Of a DNA stretch of 64,000 bases, positions 48,001 to 58,844 are shown piece after piece (the stretch's first letter is position 1; every line of letters starts with the position of its first letter). The stretch is from the NCBI GenBank assembly GCA_000004985.1, contig GG738849.1, one strand, 5' to 3'. The stretch comes from Naegleria gruberi (taxonomy: Eukaryota). A program made the translations under genes and the position numbers. The notes under the pieces were generated by a model, which was not told where the DNA came from, did not search any database, and was given only the letters and a program-made list of their open reading frames with translations.

Positions 48001-51000
48001 NNNNNNNNNNNNNNNNNNNNNNNNNNNNNNNNNNNNNNNNNNNNNNNNNNNNNNNNNNNNNNNNNNNNNNNNNNNNNNNNNNNNNNNNNNNNNNNNNNNN
48101 NNNNNNNNNNNNNNNNNNNNNNNNNNNNNNNNNNNNNNNNNNNNNNNNNNNNNNNNNNNNNNNNNNNNNNNNNNNNNNNNNNNNNNNNNNNNNNNNNNNN
48201 NNNNNNNNNNNNNNNNNNNNNNNNNNNNNNNNNNNNNNNNNNNNNNNNNNNNNNNNNNNNNNNNNNNNNNNNNNNNNNNNNNNNNNNNNNNNNNNNNNNN
48301 NNNNNNNNNNNNNNNNNNNNNNNNNNNNNNNNNNNNNNNNNNNNNNNNNNNNNNNNNNNNNNNNNNNNNNNNNNNNNNNNNNNNNNNNNNNNNNNNNNNN
48401 NNNNNNNNNNNNNNNNNNNNNNNNNNNNNNNNNNNNNNNNNNNNNNNNNNNNNNNNNNNNNNNNNNNNNNNNNNNNNNNNNNNNNNNNNNNNNNNNNNNN
48501 NNNNNNNNNNNNNNNNNNNNNNNNNNNNNNNNNNNNNNNNNNNNNNNNNNNNNNNNNNNNNNNNNNNNNNNNNNNNNNNNNNNNNNNNNNNNNNNNNNNN
48601 NNNNNNNNNNNNNNNNNNNNNNNNNNNNNNNNNNNNNNNNNNNNNNNNNNNNNNNNNNNNNNNNNNNNNNNNNNNNNNNNNNNNNNNNNNNNNNNNNNNN
48701 NNNNNNNNNNNNNNNNNNNNNNNNNNNNNNNNNNNNNNNNNNNNNNNNNNNNNNNNNNNNNNNNNNNNNNNNNNNNNNNNNNNNNNNNNNNNNNNNNNNN
48801 NNNNNNNNNNNNNNNNNNNNNNNNNNNNNNNNNNNNNNNNNNNNNNNNNNNNNNNNNNNNNNNNNNNNNNNNNNNNNNNNNNNNNNNNNNNNNNNNNNNN
48901 NNNNNNNNNNNNNNNNNNNNNNNNNNNNNNNNNNNNNNNNNNNNNNNNNNNNNNNNNNNNNNNNNNNNNNNNNNNNNNNNNNNNNNNNNNNNNNNNNNNN
49001 NNNNNNNNNNNNNNNNNNNNNNNNNNNNNNNNNNNNNNNNNNNNNNNNNNNNNNNNNNNNNNNNNNNNNNNNNNNNNNNNNNNNNNNNNNNNNNNNNNNN
49101 NNNNNNNNNNNNNNNNNNNNNNNNNNNNNNNNNNNNNNNNNNNNNNNNNNNNNNNNNNNNNNNNNNNNNNNNNNNNNNNNNNNNNNNNNNNNNNNNNNNN
49201 NNNNNNNNNNNNNNNNNNNNNNNNNNNNNNNNNNNNNNNNNNNNNNNNNNNNNNNNNNNNNNNNNNNNNNNNNNNNNNNNNNNNNNNNNNNNNNNNNNNN
49301 NNNNNNNNNNNNNNNNNNNNNNNNNNNNNNNNNNNNNNNNNNNNNNNNNNNNNNNNNNNNNNNNNNNNNNNNNNNNNNNNNNNNNNNNNNNNNNNNNNNN
49401 NNNNNNNNNNNNNNNNNNNNNNNNNNNNNNNNNNNNNNNNNNNNNNNNNNNNNNNNNNNNNNNNNNNNNNNNNNNNNNNNNNNNNNNNNNNNNNNNNNNN
49501 NNNNNNNNNNNNNNNNNNNNNNNNNNNNNNNNNNNNNNNNNNNNNNNNNNNNNNNNNNNNNNNNNNNNNNNNNNNNNNNNNNNNNNNNNNNNNNNNNNNN
49601 NNNNNNNNNNNNNNNNNNNNNNNNNNNNNNNNNNNNNNNNNNNNNNNNNNNNNNNNNNNNNNNNNNNNNNNNNNNNNNNNNNNNNNNNNNNNNNNNNNNN
49701 NNNNNNNNNNNNNNNNNNNNNNNNNNNNNNNNNNNNNNNNNNNNNNNNNNNNNNNNNNNNNNNNNNNNNNNNNNNNNNNNNNNNNNNNNNNNNNNNNNNN
49801 NNNNNNNNNNNNNNNNNNNNNNNNNNNNNNNNNNNNNNNNNNNNNNNNNNNNNNNNNNNNNNNNNNNNNNNNNNNNNNNNNNNNNNNNNNNNNNNNNNNN
49901 NNNNNNNNNNNNNNNNNNNNNNNNNNNNNNNNNNNNNNNNNNNNNNNNNNNNNNNNNNNNNNNNNNNNNNNNNNNNNNNNNNNNNNNNNNNNNNNNNNNN
50001 NNNNNNNNNNNNNNNNNNNNNNNNNNNNNNNNNNNNNNNNNNNNNNNNNNNNNNNNNNNNNNNNNNNNNNNNNNNNNNNNNNNNNNNNNNNNNNNNNNNN
50101 NNNNNNNNNNNNNNNNNNNNNNNNNNNNNNNNNNNNNNNNNNNNNNNNNNNNNNNNNNNNNNNNNNNNNNNNNNNNNNNNNNNNNNNNNNNNNNNNNNNN
50201 NNNNNNNNNNNNNNNNNNNNNNNNNNNNNNNNNNNNNNNNNNNNNNNNNNNNNNNNNNNNNNNNNNNNNNNNNNNNNNNNNNNNNNNNNNNNNNNNNNNN
50301 NNNNNNNNNNNNNNNNNNNNNNNNNNNNNNNNNNNNNNNNNNNNNNNNNNNNNNNNNNNNNNNNNNNNNNNNNNNNNNNNNNNNNNNNNNNNNNNNNNNN
50401 NNNNNNNNNNNNNNNNNNNNNNNNNNNNNNNNNNNNNNNNNNNNNNNNNNNNNNNNNNNNNNNNNNNNNNNNNNNNNNNNNNNNNNNNNNNNNNNNNNNN
50501 NNNNNNNNNNNNNNNNNNNNNNNNNNNNNNNNNNNNNNNNNNNNNNNNNNNNNNNNNNNNNNNNNNNNNNNNNNNNNNNNNNNNNNNNNNNNNNNNNNNN
50601 NNNNNNNNNNNNNNNNNNNNNNNNNNNNNNNNNNNNNNNNNNNNNNNNNNNNNNNNNNNNNNNNNNNNNNNNNNNNNNNNNNNNNNNNNNNNNNNNNNNN
50701 NNNNNNNNNNNNNNNNNNNNNNNNNNNNNNNNNNNNNNNNNNNNNNNNNNNNNNNNNNNNNNNNNNNNNNNNNNNNNNNNNNNNNNNNNNNNNNNNNNNN
50801 NNNNNNNNNNNNNNNNNNNNNNNNNNNNNNNNNNNNNNNNNNNNNNNNNNNNNNNNNNNNNNNNNNNNNNNNNNNNNNNNNNNNNNNNNNNNNNNNNNNN
50901 NNNNNNNNNNNNNNNNNNNNNNNNNNNNNNNNNNNNNNNNNNNNNNNNNNNNNNNNNNNNNNNNNNNNNNNNNNNNNNNNNNNNNNNNNNNNNNNNNNNN

Positions 51001-54000
51001 NNNNNNNNNNNNNNNNNNNNNNNNNNNNNNNNNNNNNNNNNNNNNNNNNNNNNNNNNNNNNNNNNNNNNNNNNNNNNNNNNNNNNNNNNNNNNNNNNNNN
51101 NNNNNNNNNNNNNNNNNNNNNNNNNNNNNNNNNNNNNNNNNNNNNNNNNNNNNNNNNNNNNNNNNNNNNNNNNNNNNNNNNNNNNNNNNNNNNNNNNNNN
51201 NNNNNNNNNNNNNNNNNNNNNNNNNNNNNNNNNNNNNNNNNNNNNNNNNNNNNNNNNNNNNNNNNNNNNNNNNNNNNNNNNNNNNNNNNNNNNNNNNNNN
51301 NNNNNNNNNNNNNNNNNNNNNNNNNNNNNNNNNNNNNNNNNNNNNNNNNNNNNNNNNNNNNNNNNNNNNNNNNNNNNNNNNNNNNNNNNNNNNNNNNNNN
51401 NNNNNNNNNNNNNNNNNNNNNNNNNNNNNNNNNNNNNNNNNNNNNNNNNNNNNNNNNNNNNNNNNNNNNNNNNNNNNNNNNNNNNNNNNNNNNNNNNNNN
51501 NNNNNNNNNNNNNNNNNNNNNNNNNNNNNNNNNNNNNNNNNNNNNNNNNNNNNNNNNNNNNNNNNNNNNNNNNNNNNNNNNNNNNNNNNNNNNNNNNNNN
51601 NNNNNNNNNNNNNNNNNNNNNNNNNNNNNNNNNNNNNNNNNNNNNNNNNNNNNNNNNNNNNNNNNNNNNNNNNNNNNNNNNNNNNNNNNNNNNNNNNNNN
51701 NNNNNNNNNNNNNNNNNNNNNNNNNNNNNNNNNNNNNNNNNNNNNNNNNNNNNNNNNNNNNNNNNNNNNNNNNNNNNNNNNNNNNNNNNNNNNNNNNNNN
51801 NNNNNNNNNNNNNNNNNNNNNNNNNNNNNNNNNNNNNNNNNNNNNNNNNNNNNNNNNNNNNNNNNNNNNNNNNNNNNNNNNNNNNNNNNNNNNNNNNNNN
51901 NNNNNNNNNNNNNNNNNNNNNNNNNNNNNNNNNNNNNNNNNNNNNNNNNNNNNNNNNNNNNNNNNNNNNNNNNNNNNNNNNNNNNNNNNNNNNNNNNNNN
52001 NNNNNNNNNNNNNNNNNNNNNNNNNNNNNNNNNNNNNNNNNNNNNNNNNNNNNNNNNNNNNNNNNNNNNNNNNNNNNNNNNNNNNNNNNNNNNNNNNNNN
52101 NNNNNNNNNNNNNNNNNNNNNNNNNNNNNNNNNNNNNNNNNNNNNNNNNNNNNNNNNNNNNNNNNNNNNNNNNNNNNNNNNNNNNNNNNNNNNNNNNNNN
52201 NNNNNNNNNNNNNNNNNNNNNNNNNNNNNNNNNNNNNNNNNNNNNNNNNNNNNNNNNNNNNNNNNNNNNNNNNNNNNNNNNNNNNNNNNNNNNNNNNNNN
52301 NNNNNNNNNNNNNNNNNNNNNNNNNNNNNNNNNNNNNNNNNNNNNNNNNNNNNNNNNNNNNNNNNNNNNNNNNNNNNNNNNNNNNNNNNNNNNNNNNNNN
52401 NNNNNNNNNNNNNNNNNNNNNNNNNNNNNNNNNNNNNNNNNNNNNNNNNNNNNNNNNNNNNNNNNNNNNNNNNNNNNNNNNNNNNNNNNNNNNNNNNNNN
52501 NNNNNNNNNNNNNNNNNNNNNNNNNNNNNNNNNNNNNNNNNNNNNNNNNNNNNNNNNNNNNNNNNNNNNNNNNNNNNNNNNNNNNNNNNNNNNNNNNNNN
52601 NNNNNNNNNNNNNNNNNNNNNNNNNNNNNNNNNNNNNNNNNNNNNNNNNNNNNNNNNNNNNNNNNNNNNNNNNNNNNNNNNNNNNNNNNNNNNNNNNNNN
52701 NNNNNNNNNNNNNNNNNNNNNNNNNNNNNNNNNNNNNNNNNNNNNNNNNNNNNNNNNNNNNNNNNNNNNNNNNNNNNNNNNNNNNNNNNNNNNNNNNNNN
52801 NNNNNNNNNNNNNNNNNNNNNNNNNNNNNNNNNNNNNNNNNNNNNNNNNNNNNNNNNNNNNNNNNNNNNNNNNNNNNNNNNNNNNNNNNNNNNNNNNNNN
52901 NNNNNNNNNNNNNNNNNNNNNNNNNNNNNNNNNNNNNNNNNNNNNNNNNNNNNNNNNNNNNNNNNNNNNNNNNNNNNNNNNNNNNNNNNNNNNNNNNNNN
53001 NNNNNNNNNNNNNNNNNNNNNNNNNNNNNNNNNNNNNNNNNNNNNNNNNNNNNNNNNNNNNNNNNNNNNNNNNNNNNNNNNNNNNNNNNNNNNNNNNNNN
53101 NNNNNNNNNNNNNNNNNNNNNNNNNNNNNNNNNNNNNNNNNNNNNNNNNNNNNNNNNNNNNNNNNNNNNNNNNNNNNNNNNNNNNNNNNNNNNNNNNNNN
53201 NNNNNNNNNNNNNNNNNNNNNNNNNNNNNNNNNNNNNNNNNNNNNNNNNNNNNNNNNNNNNNNNNNNNNNNNNNNNNNNNNNNNNNNNNNNNNNNNNNNN
53301 NNNNNNNNNNNNNNNNNNNNNNNNNNNNNNNNNNNNNNNNNNNNNNNNNNNNNNNNNNNNNNNNNNNNNNNNNNNNNNNNNNNNNNNNNNNNNNNNNNNN
53401 NNNNNNNNNNNNNNNNNNNNNNNNNNNNNNNNNNNNNNNNNNNNNNNNNNNNNNNNNNNNNNNNNNNNNNNNNNNNNNNNNNNNNNNNNNNNNNNNNNNN
53501 NNNNNNNNNNNNNNNNNNNNNNNNNNNNNNNNNNNNNNNNNNNNNNNNNNNNNNNNNNNNNNNNNNNNNNNNNNNNNNNNNNNNNNNNNNNNNNNNNNNN
53601 NNNNNNNNNNNNNNNNNNNNNNNNNNNNNNNNNNNNNNNNNNNNNNNNNNNNNNNNNNNNNNNNNNNNNNNNNNNNNNNNNNNNNNNNNNNNNNNNNNNN
53701 NNNNNNNNNNNNNNNNNNNNNNNNNNNNNNNNNNNNNNNNNNNNNNNNNNNNNNNNNNNNNNNNNNNNNNNNNNNNNNNNNNNNNNNNNNNNNNNNNNNN
53801 NNNNNNNNNNNNNNNNNNNNNNNNNNNNNNNNNNNNNNNNNNNNNNNNNNNNNNNNNNNNNNNNNNNNNNNNNNNNNNNNNNNNNNNNNNNNNNNNNNNN
53901 NNNNNNNNNNNNNNNNNNNNNNNNNNNNNNNNNNNNNNNNNNNNNNNNNNNNNNNNNNNNNNNNNNNNNNNNNNNNNNNNNNNNNNNNNNNNNNNNNNNN

Positions 54001-57000
54001 NNNNNNNNNNNNNNNNNNNNNNNNNNNNNNNNNNNNNNNNNNNNNNNNNNNNNNNNNNNNNNNNNNNNNNNNNNNNNNNNNNNNNNNNNNNNNNNNNNNN
54101 NNNNNNNNNNNNNNNNNNNNNNNNNNNNNNNNNNNNNNNNNNNNNNNNNNNNNNNNNNNNNNNNNNNNNNNNNNNNNNNNNNNNNNNNNNNNNNNNNNNN
54201 NNNNNNNNNNNNNNNNNNNNNNNNNNNNNNNNNNNNNNNNNNNNNNNNNNNNNNNNNNNNNNNNNNNNNNNNNNNNNNNNNNNNNNNNNNNNNNNNNNNN
54301 NNNNNNNNNNNNNNNNNNNNNNNNNNNNNNNNNNNNNNNNNNNNNNNNNNNNNNNNNNNNNNNNNNNNNNNNNNNNNNNNNNNNNNNNNNNNNNNNNNNN
54401 NNNNNNNNNNNNNNNNNNNNNNNNNNNNNNNNNNNNNNNNNNNNNNNNNNNNNNNNNNNNNNNNNNNNNNNNNNNNNNNNNNNNNNNNNNNNNNNNNNNN
54501 NNNNNNNNNNNNNNNNNNNNNNNNNNNNNNNNNNNNNNNNNNNNNNNNNNNNNNNNNNNNNNNNNNNNNNNNNNNNNNNNNNNNNNNNNNNNNNNNNNNN
54601 NNNNNNNNNNNNNNNNNNNNNNNNNNNNNNNNNNNNNNNNNNNNNNNNNNNNNNNNNNNNNNNNNNNNNNNNNNNNNNNNNNNNNNNNNNNNNNNNNNNN
54701 NNNNNNNNNNNNNNNNNNNNNNNNNNNNNNNNNNNNNNNNNNNNNNNNNNNNNNNNNNNNNNNNNNNNNNNNNNNNNNNNNNNNNNNNNNNNNNNNNNNN
54801 NNNNNNNNNNNNNNNNNNNNNNNNNNNNNNNNNNNNNNNNNNNNNNNNNNNNNNNNNNNNNNNNNNNNNNNNNNNNNNNNNNNNNNNNNNNNNNNNNNNN
54901 NNNNNNNNNNNNNNNNNNNNNNNNNNNNNNNNNNNNNNNNNNNNNNNNNNNNNNNNNNNNNNNNNNNNNNNNNNNNNNNNNNNNNNNNNNNNNNNNNNNN
55001 NNNNNNNNNNNNNNNNNNNNNNNNNNNNNNNNNNNNNNNNNNNNNNNNNNNNNNNNNNNNNNNNNNNNNNNNNNNNNNNNNNNNNNNNNNNNNNNNNNNN
55101 NNNNNNNNNNNNNNNNNNNNNNNNNNNNNNNNNNNNNNNNNNNNNNNNNNNNNNNNNNNNNNNNNNNNNNNNNNNNNNNNNNNNNNNNNNNNNNNNNNNN
55201 NNNNNNNNNNNNNNNNNNNNNNNNNNNNNNNNNNNNNNNNNNNNNNNNNNNNNNNNNNNNNNNNNNNNNNNNNNNNNNNNNNNNNNNNNNNNNNNNNNNN
55301 NNNNNNNNNNNNNNNNNNNNNNNNNNNNNNNNNNNNNNNNNNNNNNNNNNNNNNNNNNNNNNNNNNNNNNNNNNNNNNNNNNNNNNNNNNNNNNNNNNNN
55401 NNNNNNNNNNNNNNNNNNNNNNNNNNNNNNNNNNNNNNNNNNNNNNNNNNNNNNNNNNNNNNNNNNNNNNNNNNNNNNNNNNNNNNNNNNNNNNNNNNNN
55501 NNNNNNNNNNNNNNNNNNNNNNNNNNNNNNNNNNNNNNNNNNNNNNNNNNNNNNNNNNNNNNNNNNNNNNNNNNNNNNNNNNNNNNNNNNNNNNNNNNNN
55601 NNNNNNNNNNNNNNNNNNNNNNNNNNNNNNNNNNNNNNNNNNNNNNNNNNNNNNNNNNNNNNNNNNNNNNNNNNNNNNNNNNNNNNNNNNNNNNNNNNNN
55701 NNNNNNNNNNNNNNNNNNNNNNNNNNNNNNNNNNNNNNNNNNNNNNNNNNNNNNNNNNNNNNNNNNNNNNNNNNNNNNNNNNNNNNNNNNNNNNNNNNNN
55801 NNNNNNNNNNNNNNNNNNNNNNNNNNNNNNNNNNNNNNNNNNNNNNNNNNNNNNNNNNNNNNNNNNNNNNNNNNNNNNNNNNNNNNNNNNNNNNNNNNNN
55901 NNNNNNNNNNNNNNNNNNNNNNNNNNNNNNNNNNNNNNNNNNNNNNNNNNNNNNNNNNNNNNNNNNNNNNNNNNNNNNNNNNNNNNNNNNNNNNNNNNNN
56001 NNNNNNNNNNNNNNNNNNNNNNNNNNNNNNNNNNNNNNNNNNNNNNNNNNNNNNNNNNNNNNNNNNNNNNNNNNNNNNNNNNNNNNNNNNNNNNNNNNNN
56101 NNNNNNNNNNNNNNNNNNNNNNNNNNNNNNNNNNNNNNNNNNNNNNNNNNNNNNNNNNNNNNNNNNNNNNNNNNNNNNNNNNNNNNNNNNNNNNNNNNNN
56201 NNNNNNNNNNNNNNNNNNNNNNNNNNNNNNNNNNNNNNNNNNNNNNNNNNNNNNNNNNNNNNNNNNNNNNNNNNNNNNNNNNNNNNNNNNNNNNNNNNNN
56301 NNNNNNNNNNNNNNNNNNNNNNNNNNNNNNNNNNNNNNNNNNNNNNNNNNNNNNNNNNNNNNNNNNNNNNNNNNNNNNNNNNNNNNNNNNNNNNNNNNNN
56401 NNNNNNNNNNNNNNNNNNNNNNNNNNNNNNNNNNNNNNNNNNNNNNNNNNNNNNNNNNNNNNNNNNNNNNNNNNNNNNNNNNNNNNNNNNNNNNNNNNNN
56501 NNNNNNNNNNNNNNNNNNNNNNNNNNNNNNNNNNNNNNNNNNNNNNNNNNNNNNNNNNNNNNNNNNNNNNNNNNNNNNNNNNNNNNNNNNNNNNNNNNNN
56601 NNNNNNNNNNNNNNNNNNNNNNNNNNNNNNNNNNNNNNNNNNNNNNNNNNNNNNNNNNNNNNNNNNNNNNNNNNNNNNNNNNNNNNNNNNNNNNNNNNNN
56701 NNNNNNNNNNNNNNNNNNNNNNNNNNNNNNNNNNNNNNNNNNNNNNNNNNNNNNNNNNNNNNNNNNNNNNNNNNNNNNNNNNNNNNNNNNNNNNNNNNNN
56801 NNNNNNNNNNNNNNNNNNNNNNNNNNNNNNNNNNNNNNNNNNNNNNNNNNNNNNNNNNNNNNNNNNNNNNNNNNNNNNNNNNNNNNNNNNNNNNNNNNNN
56901 NNNNNNNNNNNNNNNNNNNNNNNNNNNNNNNNNNNNNNNNNNNNNNNNNNNNNNNNNNNNNNNNNNNNNNNNNNNNNNNNNNNNNNNNNNNNNNNNNNNN

Positions 57001-57951
57001 NNNNNNNNNNNNNNNNNNNNNNNNNNNNNNNNNNNNNNNNNNNNNNNNNNNNNNNNNNNNNNNNNNNNNNNNNNNNNNNNNNNNNNNNNNNNNNNNNNNN
57101 NNNNNNNNNNNNNNNNNNNNNNNNNNNNNNNNNNNNNNNNNNNNNNNNNNNNNNNNNNNNNNNNNNNNNNNNNNNNNNNNNNNNNNNNNNNNNNNNNNNN
57201 NNNNNNNNNNNNNNNNNNNNNNNNNNNNNNNNNNNNNNNNNNNNNNNNNNNNNNNNNNNNNNNNNNNNNNNNNNNNNNNNNNNNNNNNNNNNNNNNNNNN
57301 NNNNNNNNNNNNNNNNNNNNNNNNNNNNNNNNNNNNNNNNNNNNNNNNNNNNNNNNNNNNNNNNNNNNNNNNNNNNNNNNNNNNNNNNNNNNNNNNNNNN
57401 NNNNNNNNNNNNNNNNNNNNNNNNNNNNNNNNNNNNNNNNNNNNNNNNNNNNNNNNNNNNNNNNNNNNNNNNNNNNNNNNNNNNNNNNNNNNNNNNNNNN
57501 NNNNNNNNNNNNNNNNNNNNNNNNNNNNNNNNNNNNNNNNNNNNNNNNNNNNNNNNNNNNNNNNNNNNNNNNNNNNNNNNNNNNNNNNNNNNNNNNNNNN
57601 NNNNNNNNNNNNNNNNNNNNNNNNNNNNNNNNNNNNNNNNNNNNNNNNNNNNNNNNNNNNNNNNNNNNNNNNNNNNNNNNNNNNNNNNNNNNNNNNNNNN
57701 NNNNNNNNNNNNNNNNNNNNNNNNNNNNNNNNNNNNNNNNNNNNNNNNNNNNNNNNNNNNNNNNNNNNNNNNNNNNNNNNNNNNNNNNNNNNNNNNNNNN
57801 NNNNNNNNNNNNNNNNNNNNNNNNNNNNNNNNNNNNNNNNNNNNNNNNNNNNNNNNNNNNNNNNNNNNNNNNNNNNNNNNNNNNNNNNNNNNNNNNNNNN
57901 NNNNNNNNNNNNNNNNNNNNNNNNNNNNNNNNNNNNNNNNNNNNNNNNNNN
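1..57951. other. Assembly gap / masked run: 57,951 consecutive N
   Basis: Direct reading. Every base from 1 to 57951 is 'n'. The first determined base is 'a' at 57952. Confidence 1.
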
Positions 57952-58844
57952 ACATTTAGAGATTGGATTGAATTGAAAAATCCAAGACTCACTGGAATAA
58001 CCATTGCAGGTAATAATTCCACTAAATTAAATAATAACCAAAAAGCCACAACTCTCTTCCTTTCATTTCTTTGTTTGAATATAATCATCTGAGGATGATC
58101 TTGAATATTTTCATAAGAATCCACTTCTCTGGTTCCTTTCAAAAATTGATATGATTTCCAAGATTTGTAAAAGCAAAAACCAGTCAAAATTAACAGTGTC
58201 AGAGTAACAAATGTTGCAAATAGGAATGGTACTAAAAGTGTTCCCACAAAATCCGAGTCATCATCCCACAAATAAGAAATCTTTAAATTTCCAATCACTG
58301 ACAGGTATTTGAAATATTTTACATTTGATAGATGCCATGGCAGATGAAAATCCGTGAACAATGTAATCCACTGAGCCAGTAATATAAAATGGCACACCAA
58401 TGACACCATTCCCTTATTTGAATGTTTGAAAATCTTGCCAAATAATCGTTCTTTCAAAGAAGACGCGTTTCGTTTCGAGTGTGTTGATGGAGTTGGCATC
58501 TTTTCCAAATCATCATCATTTCCAAAATACAAATACAATTCATAAAAGAAGTAATACAATCCCTTTTCTCTATCCTTCAAAGATAATTGTGGATATAATT
58601 TCTCATAACAAACATCATGATCAGACAATACACTTGCCGATGATACAATATTAGGAATTATTCTCGTGGTTGTTGTTGTTGTTGTAGATATTTGTTGTTG
58701 TTGCTGCTGATGATTATCTCCTCCTCCATTGGATACGATCAAACGAGTAGCCATCTGTTGTTGCTGTTGTGTGTTACTATTGCTATTCATCATCTGGGTC
58801 GCAGATAAATATTGTTGCTCCTCCTGTGGATGATTCGTAGACAT
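57952..58844 (-). CDS. 5'-complete, 3'-truncated CDS (297 codons + 2 nt, no stop before the gap) for a hypothetical multi-pass membrane protein with a Q/T/N/S-rich N-terminal low-complexity region
   Basis: Manual reverse-complement translation from ATG (plus 58844..58842) gives an uninterrupted frame to the N boundary: MSTNHPQEEQQYLSATQMMNSNSNTQQQQQMATRLIVSNGGGDNHQQQQQQISTTTTTTTRIIPNIVSSASVLSDHDVCYEKLYPQLSLKDREKGLYYFFYELYLYFGNDDDLEKMPTPSTHSKRNASSLKERLFGKIFKHSNKGMVSLVCHFILLAQWITLFTDFHLPWHLSNVKYFKYLSVIGNLKISYLWDDDSDFVGTLLVPFLFATFVTLTLLILTGFCFYKSWKSYQFLKGTREVDSYENIQDHPQMIIFKQRNERKRVVAFWLLFNLVELLPAMVIPVSLGFFNSIQSLN. An in-frame TAA lies ~30 nt upstream of the ATG, so this is the first in-frame ATG. 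The start context is gAAAAA-ATG-TCT. Codon usage is coherent (AGA Arg, TTG/TTA Leu, CAA Gln, AAT Asn, GAT Asp). Three ~20-27-residue hydrophobic segments are separated by charged loops. No other frame on either strand carries a long ORF. Confidence 0.7.
57978..58052 (-). other. Predicted transmembrane helix 3 (residues ~265-289, VVAFWLLFNLVELLPAMVIPVSLGF)
   Basis: A 25-residue apolar stretch following the basic loop QRNERKR. The gene continues into the gap, so more helices may follow. Confidence 0.5.
58170..58250 (-). other. Predicted transmembrane helix 2 (residues ~199-225, FVGTLLVPFLFATFVTLTLLILTGFCF)
   Basis: A 27-residue apolar stretch preceded by the acidic cluster DDDSD and followed by a K/R-rich loop. 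Confidence 0.55.
58347..58412 (-). other. Predicted transmembrane helix 1 (residues ~145-166, GMVSLVCHFILLAQWITLFTDF)
   Basis: A 22-residue mostly apolar stretch flanked by K-rich sequence on the N-terminal side (KERLFGKIFKHSNKG). Hydrophobicity judged by eye; no program was run. Confidence 0.5.
58669..58686. repeat. Trinucleotide microsatellite (GTT)5-GTA on plus = (ACA)5-ACC-ACG on the coding strand, encoding Thr7
   Basis: Plus-strand sequence ggttgttgttgttgttgtag read directly. In the CDS frame it translates to TTTTTTT. Confidence 0.9.
58692..58709. repeat. Imperfect trinucleotide repeat (TTG)4(CTG)2 on plus = (CAG)2(CAA)4 on the coding strand, encoding Gln6
   Basis: Plus-strand sequence ttgttgttgttgctgctg read directly. 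In frame it gives QQQQQQ (residues 46-51). Confidence 0.9.
58756..58770. repeat. Imperfect CAA/CAG repeat on the coding strand, encoding Gln5
   Basis: Plus-strand sequence ctgttgttgctgttg. In frame it gives QQQQQ (residues 26-30), preceded by NSNSNT. Confidence 0.85.

Noticed and set aside
57952-58844. Intron within the ORF
   Set aside because: I searched the coding strand for the yeast 5' splice site GTATGT and the branch point TACTAAC and found neither. The only TACTAA is on the opposite (plus) strand at ~58230. The ORF is continuous with uniform codon usage, so an unspliced model is preferred.
57952-58844. CTG-clade (CUG = Ser) decoding
   Set aside because: The ORF has five CTG codons. 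Whether they encode Leu or Ser depends on the source lineage, which cannot be determined from 1.3 kb. The translation is given with the standard code and this is flagged as an uncertainty.
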